Below, piece after piece: positions 1 to 10,684 of a stretch of DNA of 64,000 nucleotides. Made by a program: the position numbers and the translations under genes. Every line of letters begins with the position of its first letter. The stretch's first letter is position 1. The stretch comes from an uncultured Chloroflexia bacterium (GTDB lineage Bacteria; Chloroflexota; Anaerolineae; CG2-30-64-16), in contig CAVZDU010000002.1 in the NCBI GenBank assembly GCA_963774265.1, positions 800,001-864,000 of the forward strand, in the 5' to 3' direction. The notes beneath the pieces were generated by a model. It made no database searches and had not been told where the DNA came from. It saw only the letters and a list, made by a program, of their open reading frames with translations.

Positions 1-312
1 CAGACCAGCACATTTCGCGAACTGCCCACCAAGGAAGTAATTGAGCGGCGTATCGCCATGATGGAGCGGAGGGTGGCCGGACCGCTTTCGTATGTCTTAT
101 ACATCAAGCCGATAGCCGAGCGATTCGGAGATCGCGTGTACGAAGTGGCAGCTCACTCTCTGAATGCCAGCGGTGTTCAGGTGACGGCTGAAGAACTCAA
201 GACCGTAGCCGACGAGCTCGATACGGAGGAAGGCCGGGCCCGCTTCGATGAGGAACGCTGGCAGCACATTTGGGCCATCACCCCGATCCGGAAGCGGGGC
301 GAGGACTGGTGA
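1..312 (+). CDS. 3' part of a hypothetical protein (runs in from the window edge)
   Basis: Frame 1 is open from base 1 to TGA at 310-312 and is co-directional with the downstream operon; no family recognised. Confidence 0.55.
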   Translation, partial: QTSTFRELPTKEVIERRIAMMERRVAGPLSYVLYIKPIAERFGDRVYEVAAHSLNASGVQVTAEELKTVADELDTEEGRARFDEERWQHIWAITPIRKRGEDW

Positions 313-380
313 CCGCGAATAAGTAGGGCACGCAGTGCGCCCCCGGATCGACGTTGACGACTGGGCCAGGCAAAGTCAGC

Positions 381-1650
381 ATGAAGAACAATCCCAGCCT
401 GACGGTGGTAACCGAGCATCAGCGATTGGTGCTGAAGCTTCTGCGCTCGCAACCTGGTATCTCGCGGTCGGATTTGATTCGACGGACTGGGCTGGGCAAA
501 GCTACCATCTCTCAAATCGTATCGCGTTTTATCGAGAAGGGACTCCTGTGCGAGGACGGGGCGGCCGAGCAGACTTCCGTGGCCGGCCGCCCGCCCGTCC
601 GTCTTCGCCTCAACGGCGAGTACTATTTGGCGATCGGAGTCGAGTTGACTGGGGCGGAGTGCATCGGGGGCCTACTCGATCTCTACAGCACCCCATTGCA
701 GATTGTCCGCTACCCCCTCCCTGATCGCTCAGTCCGGACTGCCGTTGACGCGATCGGGGTAGCAGTGCAAGACTTGCTAGTGGGTCACAACCGGGAGTGC
801 CTGCTCGGGATTGGGGTAGGAGTGCCGGGGATGGTGGCGCTCGACCGACAGAGCGTCCTGGTGGCGGTCAACCTCGGCTGGTTTGACGTTCCTCTGGGCT
901 CCATACTCGGGGAACGCCTGCAGATGGACACCATAATCGTCAAGCGCCAAGCAGCTGGTGCGCTTGGCGAGTACTGGCACGGTGTCGGCTGCCGCAGGTC
1001 GGTTCTCCTGTATGTCTCGATCGGCGTCGGCATCGGTTCTGGCATTCTCGTGAACGGGCGTCTGTTCGAGGGCGCCAGCGGTAGCGCCGGCGAAATCGGC
1101 CACATGACGGTAATCCCTGGCGGAGAACGTTGTCGCTGCGGCAACGAAGGCTGTCTGGAAGCAGTCGCCAGCAGTTCGGCTATGGTCGCCCGCGCCAAGC
1201 AGAAAGTCAAAGAAGTAGGTATCTTCCCGGCTGTTGGCCGATAGCCACGGTGTCGTGGAGGCGATTACCAGCGACATGGTATTCCGCGCAGCAATAGACG
1301 GCGATACCGTGGCACTGGAAGTAGTCCAGGAAGCAGCAAGCTATGTCGGCTTGGCATTGGCAGATGTCGTCAACATGATCAATCCTTCCTTGATCCTTAT
1401 CGGGGGTGACGTGGCCGTGCTCGGAGAAGCATTTCTAGAACCGATCCGAGAAATGGTACGGCGTCGCGGCCTATCTACCCCGGGAAGGGCTGTGACGATC
1501 TGCGGGAGCACTCTTGGCGATCAAGCCGCAGCCATTGGCGCTGGCTCACTCATCATCGATCGTCTTTTTTCCCCGCCCTTGCGCGACGAGGAGTTCGAGC
1601 GCCGCAAGGTAAAGCACTCATCTGGTAGTCGCGTAAGGAGCACGGCATGA
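381..1650 (+). pseudogene. ROK-family (NagC/XylR-like) transcriptional regulator, split by one frameshift near 1215-1235
   Basis: N-terminal HTH (ISRSDLIRRTGLGKATIS) and ROK motif GEIGH..C.CGN.GCLE lie in ORF 354..1244. The C-terminal ROK part (NP..ILIGG, AAAIGA) lies in ORF 1234..1650. Real lesion or sequencing error. Confidence 0.85.
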
Positions 1651-2819
1651 ACCGGCTGGATACGATCCTGCGCGGGCGCCATTTCGCAAGTGGAACTGTC
1701 TGTGACCTCCACATAGCCAACGGCAGCATTGTTGGCGTGGCGGAGCCCGGAACGCACGCGACCTTCGGCGACGAGGGTGTGTGGATTGCCCCCGGTCTGC
1801 TCGACCTGCAGGTGAATGGTTACCAAGGTCACGACCTCTGCTCGGGGGATACGACTGTAGATGACGTGGTAGCGCTCGCGGCTGCAATGGCTGAAGTAGG
1901 GGTTACTGGCTTCTGTCCGACAGTCACCACAAATTCGGCGGCCGCAATGCTACACAGCCTCCAGACGATCGCATCCGCCTGCCAGTCCAGTAAAGGAGTC
2001 CGAGAACACATCATTGGGGTCCACTTGGAAGGCCCCTATCTGTCGCCTCTGGACGGACCTCGTGGAGCACACAGTCCCGACCATGTCCGCAACCCCGATT
2101 GGTCTGAGTTCTGTCGCTTTCAAGAGGCGGCTGGCGGCCGCATCCGGCTGATCACGCTGGCGCCCGAACTGCCTGGTGCGCTGGAATTCATCCGGCGAGC
2201 CACAACTGAAGGCATAGTGGTTGCGATCGGGCACCATGCCGCATCAAGCGAGGAGATCGCGGCCGCCGTAGTTGCGGGCGCGCGCCTCAGCACGCACCTC
2301 GGCAACGGCGCCCACTCCATGCTGCCCCGTCACCCCAATTATCTGTGGCACCAACTTGCCGAGGATCGACTTTCAGCTAGCATCGTCGTGGATGGCTTTC
2401 ATCTGCCCCCAGAGGTCGTGAAGTGCTTCGTTCGTGCGAAAGGCGTGAGCCGCACGATTCTGGTCTCGGACGTTATCTCTCCAGCCGGCCAGCCAGACGG
2501 TGACTATGAATTCATGGGAATGCGGGTTCGCGTCGATGGCCGGGGGCCCGTGCGCCTGAGCGACACACCGTATCTGGCCGGCGCCAGCACTACACTCGCA
2601 GAGGCAGTCCACAACGTTCAACGCTTCGCAGGTGTGTCCTTTGCCGATGCCATTACTATGGCGAGTCGTAATCCCGCCCGATTGTTCGGCATCGGCGGGG
2701 TTCGAGGTGGATTAGTGCCGGGCGCCAGGGCAGATCTCGCGCTCTTCAGAGAAACTGACGATGGATTTTCATTGGCGGCGGTTCTCCAGGCCGGCGTTCC
2801 GACTGGCGAATTTGCCTGA
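1647..2819 (+). CDS. nagA: N-acetylglucosamine-6-phosphate deacetylase
   Basis: PGLLDLQVNG, HLEGPY, GAH, TLAPE, THLGNG, DG.H, LVSD and NPA motifs of NagA amidohydrolases. Confidence 0.88.
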   Translation: MNRLDTILRGRHFASGTVCDLHIANGSIVGVAEPGTHATFGDEGVWIAPGLLDLQVNGYQGHDLCSGDTTVDDVVALAAAMAEVGVTGFCPTVTTNSAAAMLHSLQTIASACQSSKGVREHIIGVHLEGPYLSPLDGPRGAHSPDHVRNPDWSEFCRFQEAAGGRIRLITLAPELPGALEFIRRATTEGIVVAIGHHAASSEEIAAAVVAGARLSTHLGNGAHSMLPRHPNYLWHQLAEDRLSASIVVDGFHLPPEVVKCFVRAKGVSRTILVSDVISPAGQPDGDYEFMGMRVRVDGRGPVRLSDTPYLAGASTTLAEAVHNVQRFAGVSFADAITMASRNPARLFGIGGVRGGLVPGARADLALFRETDDGFSLAAVLQAGVPTGEFA

Positions 2820-2969
2820 TCTCTCACCCGGCAACTCGCGGCCACCGAAGAGGTCGCGAAAATCACACAGTGATGGCGTGTCTGCACGCCGTAAACCACC
2901 CGCTGGTCCAGCCACTGAACCTGGTTGGACCCCAAAAACAGGTCTGGGCATCAGTTAGGAGGTAGCGAA

Positions 2970-4445
2970 ATGTCCACTAGGCACATCACACGAAGGGATT
3001 TCGTCAAGACTGTCGGTGCCGGCGTGGGTCTTGGGATCGCCGGTCTCGCGGGAGGCTGCGCACCCGCCCAACCCACGGCCGCTCCAGCGCCGGCCGCGGC
3101 TCCGACCACTGCGCCGGCCGCGGCCCCGACTACTGCGCCGGCCGCACTGCCGACCGCCGTAGCGGTTGCAGCCAAGGACGTGAAGGGAAAGGTCACGTTC
3201 TGCTATGATGGCTGGGGAGGCGCCGCCTGGGATGAAATCTTCGGCAAGGTGAAGAGCGAATTGCCGGGGGTCGAACTTGAGGTGGTACTGGTCAACGGCG
3301 ACGAGATGGCGGACAAATCAATCACCATGTGCGCCGCTAACCAGATGACCTGGGACATCGTAGTCTGGGGTGGTCGCCGACAGGATCATATCGACGGCGG
3401 ATTCATCCTTCCGGCCAGCGATTACGTCAAGAAGGAACTCATCGATGACCTGACCGACGTATACAAACAGGTCATGACATATGAGGGGAAGGTCTGGACT
3501 CTGCCCTGGTACCAGAACTACGGGTTCACAATCGAGTACAACAAGGGTATGTGGGACAAAGCGGACCTCCCTGATGGTCCAGCCCTCACATGGCCCGAGT
3601 TCGCCAGGCAGCTGTATCAGATTCGCGATAAGGGGGTCATCAAGCACCCCTTCACCCTCTCTGGCAAGCAGGACTTCGACAGCGCGCTCACTTTTGATAA
3701 CATCGTCAAGGCCCACGGCGGTTACTGGTTTGAGCGATGGCAAGATCCGAAGGACATCAAGCCAGCCTTCACCACCAACCCTGCCAACATGGAAGCAACG
3801 GAGTGGATCGTAAAACTCATCAAGGACCAGATTGTTCATCCAGCCTCCATGACCTTCGAGGGTGCTGGCATCGACGAAATCTATGTCGGCGGTGAGACAG
3901 CGACGATGCTCCAATACTATTATTCGGCTGCCAAGGCGCTTGACCCAACCCAGTCCAAAATAGTCGATCAAGCGCAGTGCGCACTGATCCCAGGCGTGGA
4001 CGGGAAGACCTCAGGCGGAAGCTTTGCCGGCGGCGAAGCATACTATCTCTATACGGCAGCTAAGGACCGCAACTGGGACGCTGTTGTTGCGACCTACGAA
4101 GTCCTTGCCGGGCCCTGGGCCAACACTGTCTGGGCTGAGTTAGCGGCACTAGGGCCGGCCTACAAATCCATTCAGCAGGACCCCCGCGTATTGAAGGGTT
4201 TGCCCTTCATGAAGGTGTGGGCTGAGCAAGATAAGCAGTCAATCGTGCGAGAGACTAACCCACAGTGGGAGAAACCATTTGCCGGCCTGGGTGTCATCAC
4301 GGAGTGGAAGAAGAACCAGGAGACTTACCTATCGGCTCTGTATACAGGCAGCATGGACGGAAAGACCATGTGGCAAAAGATGGAGGAAGACTACCTCAAG
4401 CTAGAGGCTCGCGCTATCAAGGATGGACGTCAGCACTCAAAGTGA
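2970..4445 (+). CDS. Sugar ABC transporter substrate-binding protein (Tat-exported lipoprotein)
   Basis: AGGAGG RBS at 2957-2962, TRRDFVK twin-arginine motif, LAGGC lipobox, Ala/Pro/Thr linker, CUT1-type binding-protein body upstream of two permeases. Confidence 0.85.
   Translation: MSTRHITRRDFVKTVGAGVGLGIAGLAGGCAPAQPTAAPAPAAAPTTAPAAAPTTAPAALPTAVAVAAKDVKGKVTFCYDGWGGAAWDEIFGKVKSELPGVELEVVLVNGDEMADKSITMCAANQMTWDIVVWGGRRQDHIDGGFILPASDYVKKELIDDLTDVYKQVMTYEGKVWTLPWYQNYGFTIEYNKGMWDKADLPDGPALTWPEFARQLYQIRDKGVIKHPFTLSGKQDFDSALTFDNIVKAHGGYWFERWQDPKDIKPAFTTNPANMEATEWIVKLIKDQIVHPASMTFEGAGIDEIYVGGETATMLQYYYSAAKALDPTQSKIVDQAQCALIPGVDGKTSGGSFAGGEAYYLYTAAKDRNWDAVVATYEVLAGPWANTVWAELAALGPAYKSIQQDPRVLKGLPFMKVWAEQDKQSIVRETNPQWEKPFAGLGVITEWKKNQETYLSALYTGSMDGKTMWQKMEEDYLKLEARAIKDGRQHSK
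3087..3155 (+). repeat. 24-bp tandem coding repeat (APAAAPTT, about 3 copies)
   Basis: GCGCCGGCCGCGGC(T/C)CCGAC(C/T)ACT repeated in the linker of the binding protein. Confidence 0.8.
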
Positions 4446-4468
4446 GCCTGGCGACCCACGGCTGAGGA

Positions 4469-4508
4469 GGCAGGGCGGGCACCGGTCAGGGATCAGGCCC
4501 GCCCTGCC
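4469..4508 (+). terminator. Intergenic stem-loop after the binding-protein gene (mRNA stabiliser or attenuator)
   Basis: Perfect 12-bp inverted repeat GGCAGGGCGGGC / GCCCGCCCTGCC with no U-tract. Confidence 0.6.
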
Positions 4509-4548
4509 AATGCGGGTGCTACACCCCCACTAAGACGGTGCGTGAATA

Positions 4549-5526
4549 ATGGGAGGAAGCAACTTGACGACCAGAAGAGTTGCTGCAAGTGCGAATAAAT
4601 TGCGTCTCCGATGTCGTCGCGTCGGGCGTGTATTCCAGGGCTACAATATGCGCGACGTGCGGTTCGGTTGGCTCCTATTGCTGCCCATGTTGATCTGGCT
4701 CACCGCCCTGACGGTCTATCCGCTCATCATCGCCGCAGGAACCAGTCTCACCAATCGCCATCTACTCTTTCCCACCCAGAGCAAATTCGTTGGCCTATCC
4801 AACTACCTGGAGGCCTTCACTGATTCGACAGCGCTGCTATCTTTCCGTAATACACTGATCTACGCGCTCTTGTGGAATGTCGCGGTCATCCTCCTGTCTT
4901 TCTCGCTGGCCCTTCTGTTGAATGAGAAGTTTCGTCTCAGGGGTCTGGCGCGCAGTTTGCTGCTCATTCCTTGGGCCGTGCCCATGGTCGTTGCCGGTCT
5001 TATGTGGAAGTGGATCCTGCATCCCGTCTATGGCGTCTTCAGTGGCGCTCTCTATTATCTGGGATGGATCCCCATCGACGGTCAGATCAACTTCATGGCT
5101 AGCCCGTGGCTAGCGATGAGCAGCATCCTCTTGGGCGGCATCTGGAAAGCAACCCCGTTCGTGACTTTGCTGCTACTCGCTGGCCTGCAGACCATTCCCC
5201 AGGAGCTCTACGATGCCGCAAAGGTCGACGGCGCCGACATATGGCACCGTTTTCGTCACGTCACTCTGCCTTATTCGCGTCCCTCACTAATGGTTGCATT
5301 AGTGCTGGGTGCCGAGTCTGGCATCCTGGTGTTCGACCTGATTTATGTTATGACTGGCGGCGGTCCAGGCGGCTTCACCGATATGATCGCGCACTTCGTC
5401 TATCGTCAAGCATTCAAAGCAATGCGGATGGGATATGCCAGCGCTCTCGCGTACTTGCTCGGCCTGCTGCTGGCAGGCATTGCGGCGATCTATTACAAAC
5501 TGCTACATACCGAGGAGTTGATGTAG
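4549..5526 (+). CDS. Carbohydrate ABC transporter permease (MalF-like)
   Basis: Multiple TM segments; EAA loop LQTIPQELYDAAKVDGA; TGGGPG motif. Confidence 0.9.
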   Translation: MGGSNLTTRRVAASANKLRLRCRRVGRVFQGYNMRDVRFGWLLLLPMLIWLTALTVYPLIIAAGTSLTNRHLLFPTQSKFVGLSNYLEAFTDSTALLSFRNTLIYALLWNVAVILLSFSLALLLNEKFRLRGLARSLLLIPWAVPMVVAGLMWKWILHPVYGVFSGALYYLGWIPIDGQINFMASPWLAMSSILLGGIWKATPFVTLLLLAGLQTIPQELYDAAKVDGADIWHRFRHVTLPYSRPSLMVALVLGAESGILVFDLIYVMTGGGPGGFTDMIAHFVYRQAFKAMRMGYASALAYLLGLLLAGIAAIYYKLLHTEELM

Positions 5527-5527
5527 G

Positions 5528-6430
5528 ATGGCGTTTCCCACACGGACCGCCTCAGCGGGGAAACAAGTCCGTAGCGCCCTGACGCACCTCTTGGTGTTGC
5601 TGGCGCTGCTGGTGCTGCTGTTTCCCTTCGCCTGGCTGATTATTTCGGCTGTCATGTCGCGGACGGAACTCTTGAACTTTCCTCCCCACTTCATACCGGA
5701 GGAGCCGACGCTCGACAATTTCAAGTATCTCTTCGTGCAGCGGCCTCCTCCGGGTCCGGGCGAACTGGCGTTGAAAGTGTCCAAACAACCCGAAGAATGG
5801 ATCACGGGTTTGAAGAACAGCGTGATCGTTTCCTTTTCAGTCACGGCTATCACTCTGTTCATCGGCTCCCTTGCGGCGTACTCGCTGGCGCGCGTCCGCT
5901 GGCCCGGGAAGCCGTTCGTCATCGTCGCACTGATTGCCACCCGCATGATTCCAGGCATCGCAACCGACATCCCGCGCTATATGATTTTCGCCAAGTTGGG
6001 GCAGATCGACACGCTTCAACTGTTGATCGCTTTGGAGACGGCCTGGATTCTTCCATTTACGGTTTTCATATTGTATGGGGTGTTTCAATCGGTCTCCGTC
6101 GAGATCGAAGATGCGGCGTTGGTCGACGGCTGTACCCGTCTTCAGACGTTGTTTAAGATCATCTGGCCCCTATCGACACCGGGCCTGGTTGCTGCCGGTA
6201 CCTTTGCGTTCCTAAACACCTGGAACAGTTTCTTCACCCCGCTTATTTTTGCCAGTAAGGCAGCCAAGACACTGACGGTGAACATCTCGGAACTTGTTAC
6301 GACTTTCGATGTCGACTACTCGGCCATGGCTGCCGCGGGCGTGCTTGCGTGCATTCTCCCGGTCACCCTGGCCTTGATCTTCCAGCGGTACGTGATTCAG
6401 GGACTCACCGCGGGTGCAGTGAAGGGCTAG
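5528..6430 (+). CDS. Carbohydrate ABC transporter permease (MalG-like)
   Basis: EAA loop EIEDAALVDGC; WN.F motif; C-terminal GLTAGAVKG. Confidence 0.9.
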   Translation: MAFPTRTASAGKQVRSALTHLLVLLALLVLLFPFAWLIISAVMSRTELLNFPPHFIPEEPTLDNFKYLFVQRPPPGPGELALKVSKQPEEWITGLKNSVIVSFSVTAITLFIGSLAAYSLARVRWPGKPFVIVALIATRMIPGIATDIPRYMIFAKLGQIDTLQLLIALETAWILPFTVFILYGVFQSVSVEIEDAALVDGCTRLQTLFKIIWPLSTPGLVAAGTFAFLNTWNSFFTPLIFASKAAKTLTVNISELVTTFDVDYSAMAAAGVLACILPVTLALIFQRYVIQGLTAGAVKG

Positions 6431-6497
6431 AGTTCGCTCCGAGCGGCGCCACAGTCGGGTAGAGCCCTTTGTAGATTCGCTCACGGAGAGGTGATTA

Positions 6498-7556
6498 GTG
6501 GAGCAGTACCTGGTCTGTCGGGGCTCGCCGTACGAGATTGGCATGCAGCATGGGCGTGCACTCGCCGCCGACATACGCCGCTGCTATGACGCCTATTGTC
6601 GCTTCCCGAGCTTGCTGGGCAGCGACGGCGATCGGCTCATGCTTCGAATGGCAGAGCGGCACCGGCGTGATTTCGCCGATTTGCTGGAGCAACTGCAGGG
6701 GATTGCTGACGGAGCGAGCCTGCCATTCGTCGATATCTTGCGATTGAACTTCTCGCTGGACGTGGCCGGCATCGATGCCCCCCATTGCTCCAACATTGGC
6801 ATCATCAGCGACGAGGAGGGCGCGCTCGTTGCGAAGACGATCGACCTGCCCCCCGCCGAAGCAGACTTCCTGTTCGTGCAGACCGTCATTCCGGATGATG
6901 GCTATCCCTACGTGCATTATGGCACGGCGGGGACCGTCTGGAGTGAGGCCGGCTTGAGCGCTTCGGGCCTGGCACACGTCGGTTCCGGGCTCGTCGGCCA
7001 GGAGACGCGATCGGACGGCATGTGCGTCTGGTTCCTCACCAGCTTGGCCTTCCTGTCGCGCTTTTGCAGTGTGAGCGAGGCCATTTCCGAGCTGGGTAGA
7101 CATGAGGTCGCGGGGCTCGGGCAGACACTGATGCTTGCGGACCGCGAAGGAGACCTAGCCGTGGTCGAGATGCTACCGGGTGGCAGGGCCACCGCACGGC
7201 CCCAGACCGGTTCGGCTCTGCTACACACCAACCACGCCCAGTTTCCGGCTACCCGCGCATGCATGTGCGACGACGAGTTGGCGGCGCACTACGGCTACGC
7301 CGGAATGATAGCGGACAGTGAGGAGCGCCTGGCCAATCTCACTCACCTCACCGAGACAACACCCCGCGGTCGCCTTGACCTTGAAGCCATCCTGCGCAAC
7401 CACGGGCCGCTCGGTGCGATCTGTCGCCATGGCCAGGCAGGCGCGGACACGAAAGCGGGCGCAATCCTCAGCCCACGGACATTAACTATGTGGGGCACGA
7501 TGGGACATCCCTGTCAGTCGCTGTACAGGCCCTACCGCGTCTCCGAACTACTGTAG
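6498..7556 (+). CDS. Peptidase C45 family Ntn-hydrolase/acyltransferase
   Basis: N-terminal GSPYEIGMQHG, internal Cys nucleophile (H-CSNIG), HTNH motif; GTG start after GGAGAGG. Confidence 0.75.
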   Translation: MEQYLVCRGSPYEIGMQHGRALAADIRRCYDAYCRFPSLLGSDGDRLMLRMAERHRRDFADLLEQLQGIADGASLPFVDILRLNFSLDVAGIDAPHCSNIGIISDEEGALVAKTIDLPPAEADFLFVQTVIPDDGYPYVHYGTAGTVWSEAGLSASGLAHVGSGLVGQETRSDGMCVWFLTSLAFLSRFCSVSEAISELGRHEVAGLGQTLMLADREGDLAVVEMLPGGRATARPQTGSALLHTNHAQFPATRACMCDDELAAHYGYAGMIADSEERLANLTHLTETTPRGRLDLEAILRNHGPLGAICRHGQAGADTKAGAILSPRTLTMWGTMGHPCQSLYRPYRVSELL

Positions 7557-7646
7557 CCCACCGGCTGCGCAGGGCCACTTATGTGCCTGGTCGAGCCGCT
7601 ATCCAATGATCCAGTCCGAAGCATCACGTGCAAGGAGGCATAGATC

Positions 7647-8399
7647 ATGTCACACATCACCGATTATCTGCAGGCAGTGTGCCAGCAAGTTTCGACAATC
7701 GCTGAACGCGAGGCGGAAAGCATTCGACACGCCGCCGAGTTGCTCGCCGAACAGGTACAGGAGGGACATCTTATCCACGTCGCAGGGACCGGTGGTCACA
7801 GCTATCTCGGTGCTGAGGAGATGACGTGGCGTGCTGGGGGTCTCGTGCAAATCGATCCCATCTTCGAACCAGGCGTTTCGCTTTCCTTCGGCGCGACGCG
7901 GTCTGGAGCGGTTGAGCGAGTCCCGGGCATGATGCAGGCGGTGCTCAGTACCTACGATCTGCGGCCGGGAGAAGTCATGATTATCGTGAATGCCTACGGC
8001 ATTAACAGCGCTACCATTGACACAGCGTTGGAGGCAAGACGGCTGGGACTGACCACTATCGGTATCACCGGCACCGAACACCCGCAAGGGTTGGCGCCCA
8101 ACCATCCCTCCCGACATCCGTGCGGGAAAGGGCTTTATGAGCTGGTGGACGTCTTCATCAATACCTACGTTCCGCTCGGCGACGCAGTAGTTCAGATCGA
8201 AGGGTTTTCTCAAAGAACTGGTCCGGTTTCCACGATTGCCAACTCCTTCGCAATCAACTGCCTGGTGGCCGAAACAGTCCAGCTTCTTGTTGACCGCGGA
8301 GTAGAGCCGGCTGTCTGGAAAAGCGCTAACAGCCCAGGTGGCGACGCATGGAACCAGCAGTATATGGAGAAATACCGCGGTCGGATCCGCTATCTCTAG
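7647..8399 (+). CDS. SIS-domain sugar isomerase-like protein
   Basis: GTGGHS, NAYGIN, SRHP.GK.L, P.GDA, GPVST and SAN.PGGD motifs; AAGGAGG RBS. Confidence 0.82.
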   Translation: MSHITDYLQAVCQQVSTIAEREAESIRHAAELLAEQVQEGHLIHVAGTGGHSYLGAEEMTWRAGGLVQIDPIFEPGVSLSFGATRSGAVERVPGMMQAVLSTYDLRPGEVMIIVNAYGINSATIDTALEARRLGLTTIGITGTEHPQGLAPNHPSRHPCGKGLYELVDVFINTYVPLGDAVVQIEGFSQRTGPVSTIANSFAINCLVAETVQLLVDRGVEPAVWKSANSPGGDAWNQQYMEKYRGRIRYL

Positions 8400-8729
8400 C
8401 TGGGATTGGGAGCGGGGGCGTCATCTTTGTGATGGAAGCCCGGGCGATCTTTGCTTCCATGAAGGACGGTGAAGGTGCCAGTTGAGATGAATAATAATCC
8501 TACGGCGACGCGTGTGTGGCAGTGTGGACAACTCCAGGTCCGAATCGATCCGAATCGGGGTGCGCTTGGAGTGGCAGCAGGCGGGGTGAGGGTGCGGCCG
8601 GCGGCGAAGATGCGGTGATCGGGGGCGGCAAGGTCGACCTGATTCATGGGCGATGGGACCCCGGCGGCGCGATGATGGGCGACAATGGGATTATCGCGGA
8701 AACAGCTCAGCGGGTCAAGTGGCGGCGTG

Positions 8730-8862
8730 CGTCCGAGAGCGGTGGGAGGCGATCGGCATCGAGGGGCTGAGCGCGCACGACCTGCGGAAGGTGTGGGCGA
8801 CACGCACCGAGCGGAACGGGACGACGCTGGATCAGATGCAGGAGGCTGGCGGGTGGAAGGAC
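8730..8862 (+). pseudogene. Tyrosine recombinase C-terminal remnant
   Basis: GIEGLSAHDLRKVWAT...LDQMQEAGGWK contains H-x-x-R and box II-like motifs; no N-terminus and no catalytic Tyr. Confidence 0.65.
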
Positions 8863-9057
8863 TGTCGTCGCCAGCGACTCTTATATCATACCTCGGTAAG
8901 CGACACCGTCAGCCTTGCCAGCGACTTGCATGCAGACGCCAGGCTTTCACATACCGTACACCATCGCCCGTTTGCTATGCCGCCAACATTGGCTCTCCCT
9001 CTAAACGTGTTGCACTTTCGCCAGTGCTCGAAGTCGTACTCCAAAGGACATCCTACC

Positions 9058-9873
9058 TTGGGCCGTCCCGTCTGGTTCGTGAATCTGATCAAGAGAACCT
9101 TCCCTGGCCGGTTCCGCCTGGCACAGCTCACAAAGACGCCGGTCATCGGACGCGCCATCGACCGGATGTTATTCGACGGCGACGACATCATCTACCTGCC
9201 CAAGGACAGCGTGATCCCGGTCAACCGGCAGCTCAGCGGGCCTGAGAGCATCGTGCTGCCGTCACAGGTTGTCGAGCATTTCATCGAGCGTGCCGCGCAC
9301 CACTGGATCATGAACGCCTGCATCTGCCGGGATGCCAGCGCCTGCCGCGACTACCCCAGTGACCTGGGCTGCCTCTTCCTGGGAGAAGCGGTGCTGCAGA
9401 TCAACCCCGCGCTCGGCCGGATCGTGTGTAAGGAAGAGGCGCTGACGCATGTCCTCCGTTGTCGCGAGGCCGGCCTTGTCCATCTGATCGGCCGCAACAA
9501 GCTCGATACTGCCTGGCTGGGCGCGGGGCCGAGCCATAAGCTGATGACCATCTGCAATTGCTGCCCGTGCTGCTGCCTGTGGCGAATGATCCCGCAGCTT
9601 GACCCGGCCATCGGCGCCAAGGTGACGCGCATGCCAGGCGTCGAGGTGACCGTAACCGACCGGTGCGTCGGCTGTGGGACGTGTGCCGCTGGGGTCTGTT
9701 TTGTGGATGCCATCCGCCTGGTGGACGGCCGCGCGGCCATTACCGACGCGTGCCGGGGCTGCGGACGATGTGTCGAAGCATGTCCGAACGAGGCGATTGA
9801 CTTGACGATCGGCGATGGCGAACCCCTCTCGAACACAATTGCCCGCTTGTCGTCCCTTGTGGATGTCTCGTAG
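9058..9873 (+). CDS. 4Fe-4S dicluster ferredoxin-domain protein
   Basis: TTG start after AAGGA; CICR and ICNCCPCCC motifs plus two CxxCxxC ferredoxin motifs. Confidence 0.8.
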   Translation: MGRPVWFVNLIKRTFPGRFRLAQLTKTPVIGRAIDRMLFDGDDIIYLPKDSVIPVNRQLSGPESIVLPSQVVEHFIERAAHHWIMNACICRDASACRDYPSDLGCLFLGEAVLQINPALGRIVCKEEALTHVLRCREAGLVHLIGRNKLDTAWLGAGPSHKLMTICNCCPCCCLWRMIPQLDPAIGAKVTRMPGVEVTVTDRCVGCGTCAAGVCFVDAIRLVDGRAAITDACRGCGRCVEACPNEAIDLTIGDGEPLSNTIARLSSLVDVS

Positions 9874-10092
9874 GGAAGGATTATCCACCTGTCCAATCTC
9901 AGAACTCTCCAGTTGGCTCACACCGCTGGGGGGTTTTTGTTGTATCGTGTTAGGCAGTAATCGGATAGTAGTGAAGGCAGGAGGAGGCGTATTCCGGAAT
10001 CGCAGTGCAACGCTGCCACCCGCTCCTGTACATCCGCCATCCGCGCTTCAGTGGCACGTACTCCTGCCACCAGCGACGCGTCCCGGCCCGCA

Positions 10093-10449
10093 TCAGCGCC
10101 GGTACCGTCCCAGGAGGGTGGCCTCGGCCAGCACATGGCCCTGCATGGCGGCCGGCAGATTGAAAACCACCCAGTGAACCCACGTCCCCAGGGGCGCGTC
10201 CGGATCGACGGCAATCAGCGCCAACGTGGTTGTCTCAGGGGGCACGGCGGTCCATTGCAGTGGCGGCGAGATGTCCTCCGCATCGCAAGCATACCGGGCG
10301 GGGATCATTGCACCTTCTGCGAAAGCCGGACTGCTGATCTTCATGTCATCGCCGCGGGCCGGTCCGGTTGTGGCCGGCGCAGCCGCCGGTGCTCCTCCGC
10401 AAGCGGCCAGGAGCACGAGCACGAGAACGAGCGGAGTCAACCTGGACAT
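10093..10449 (-). pseudogene. YbhB/YbcL (PEBP/RKIP-like) lipoprotein, 3' truncated
   Basis: LAAC lipobox, ISSPAF..G..IP..Y.C, DPDAP, WVHWVVFNLP; lacks the downstream GP.PP and H.Y motifs. Confidence 0.75.
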
Positions 10450-10684
10450 GTGAATGGCCTCCACGCTTGAGGTCCTAACCACCCATGCCGCCGGAATATA
10501 GGCTCTCATCATAGGTCGTCCACGCGGGCGGCCAGATCAGCCAACGCCTCATCACCGGCATCGTTGTCGTAGCATCATGGAGAGTCAAGTCGCCTGATTG
10601 ACTCGGTCTTGGAGTGCTGATATGATGGGAATGGACGTAAATAATCAAAAGGGCCTTTGGTTTTTGTTTCGAGAAGTGAAGCCG

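Noticed and set aside
8653-9873. 406-aa ORF as an integrase-ferredoxin fusion
   Set aside because: The linker looks non-coding and there is an RBS plus TTG at 9058. More likely a chance open frame joining a remnant to a real gene.
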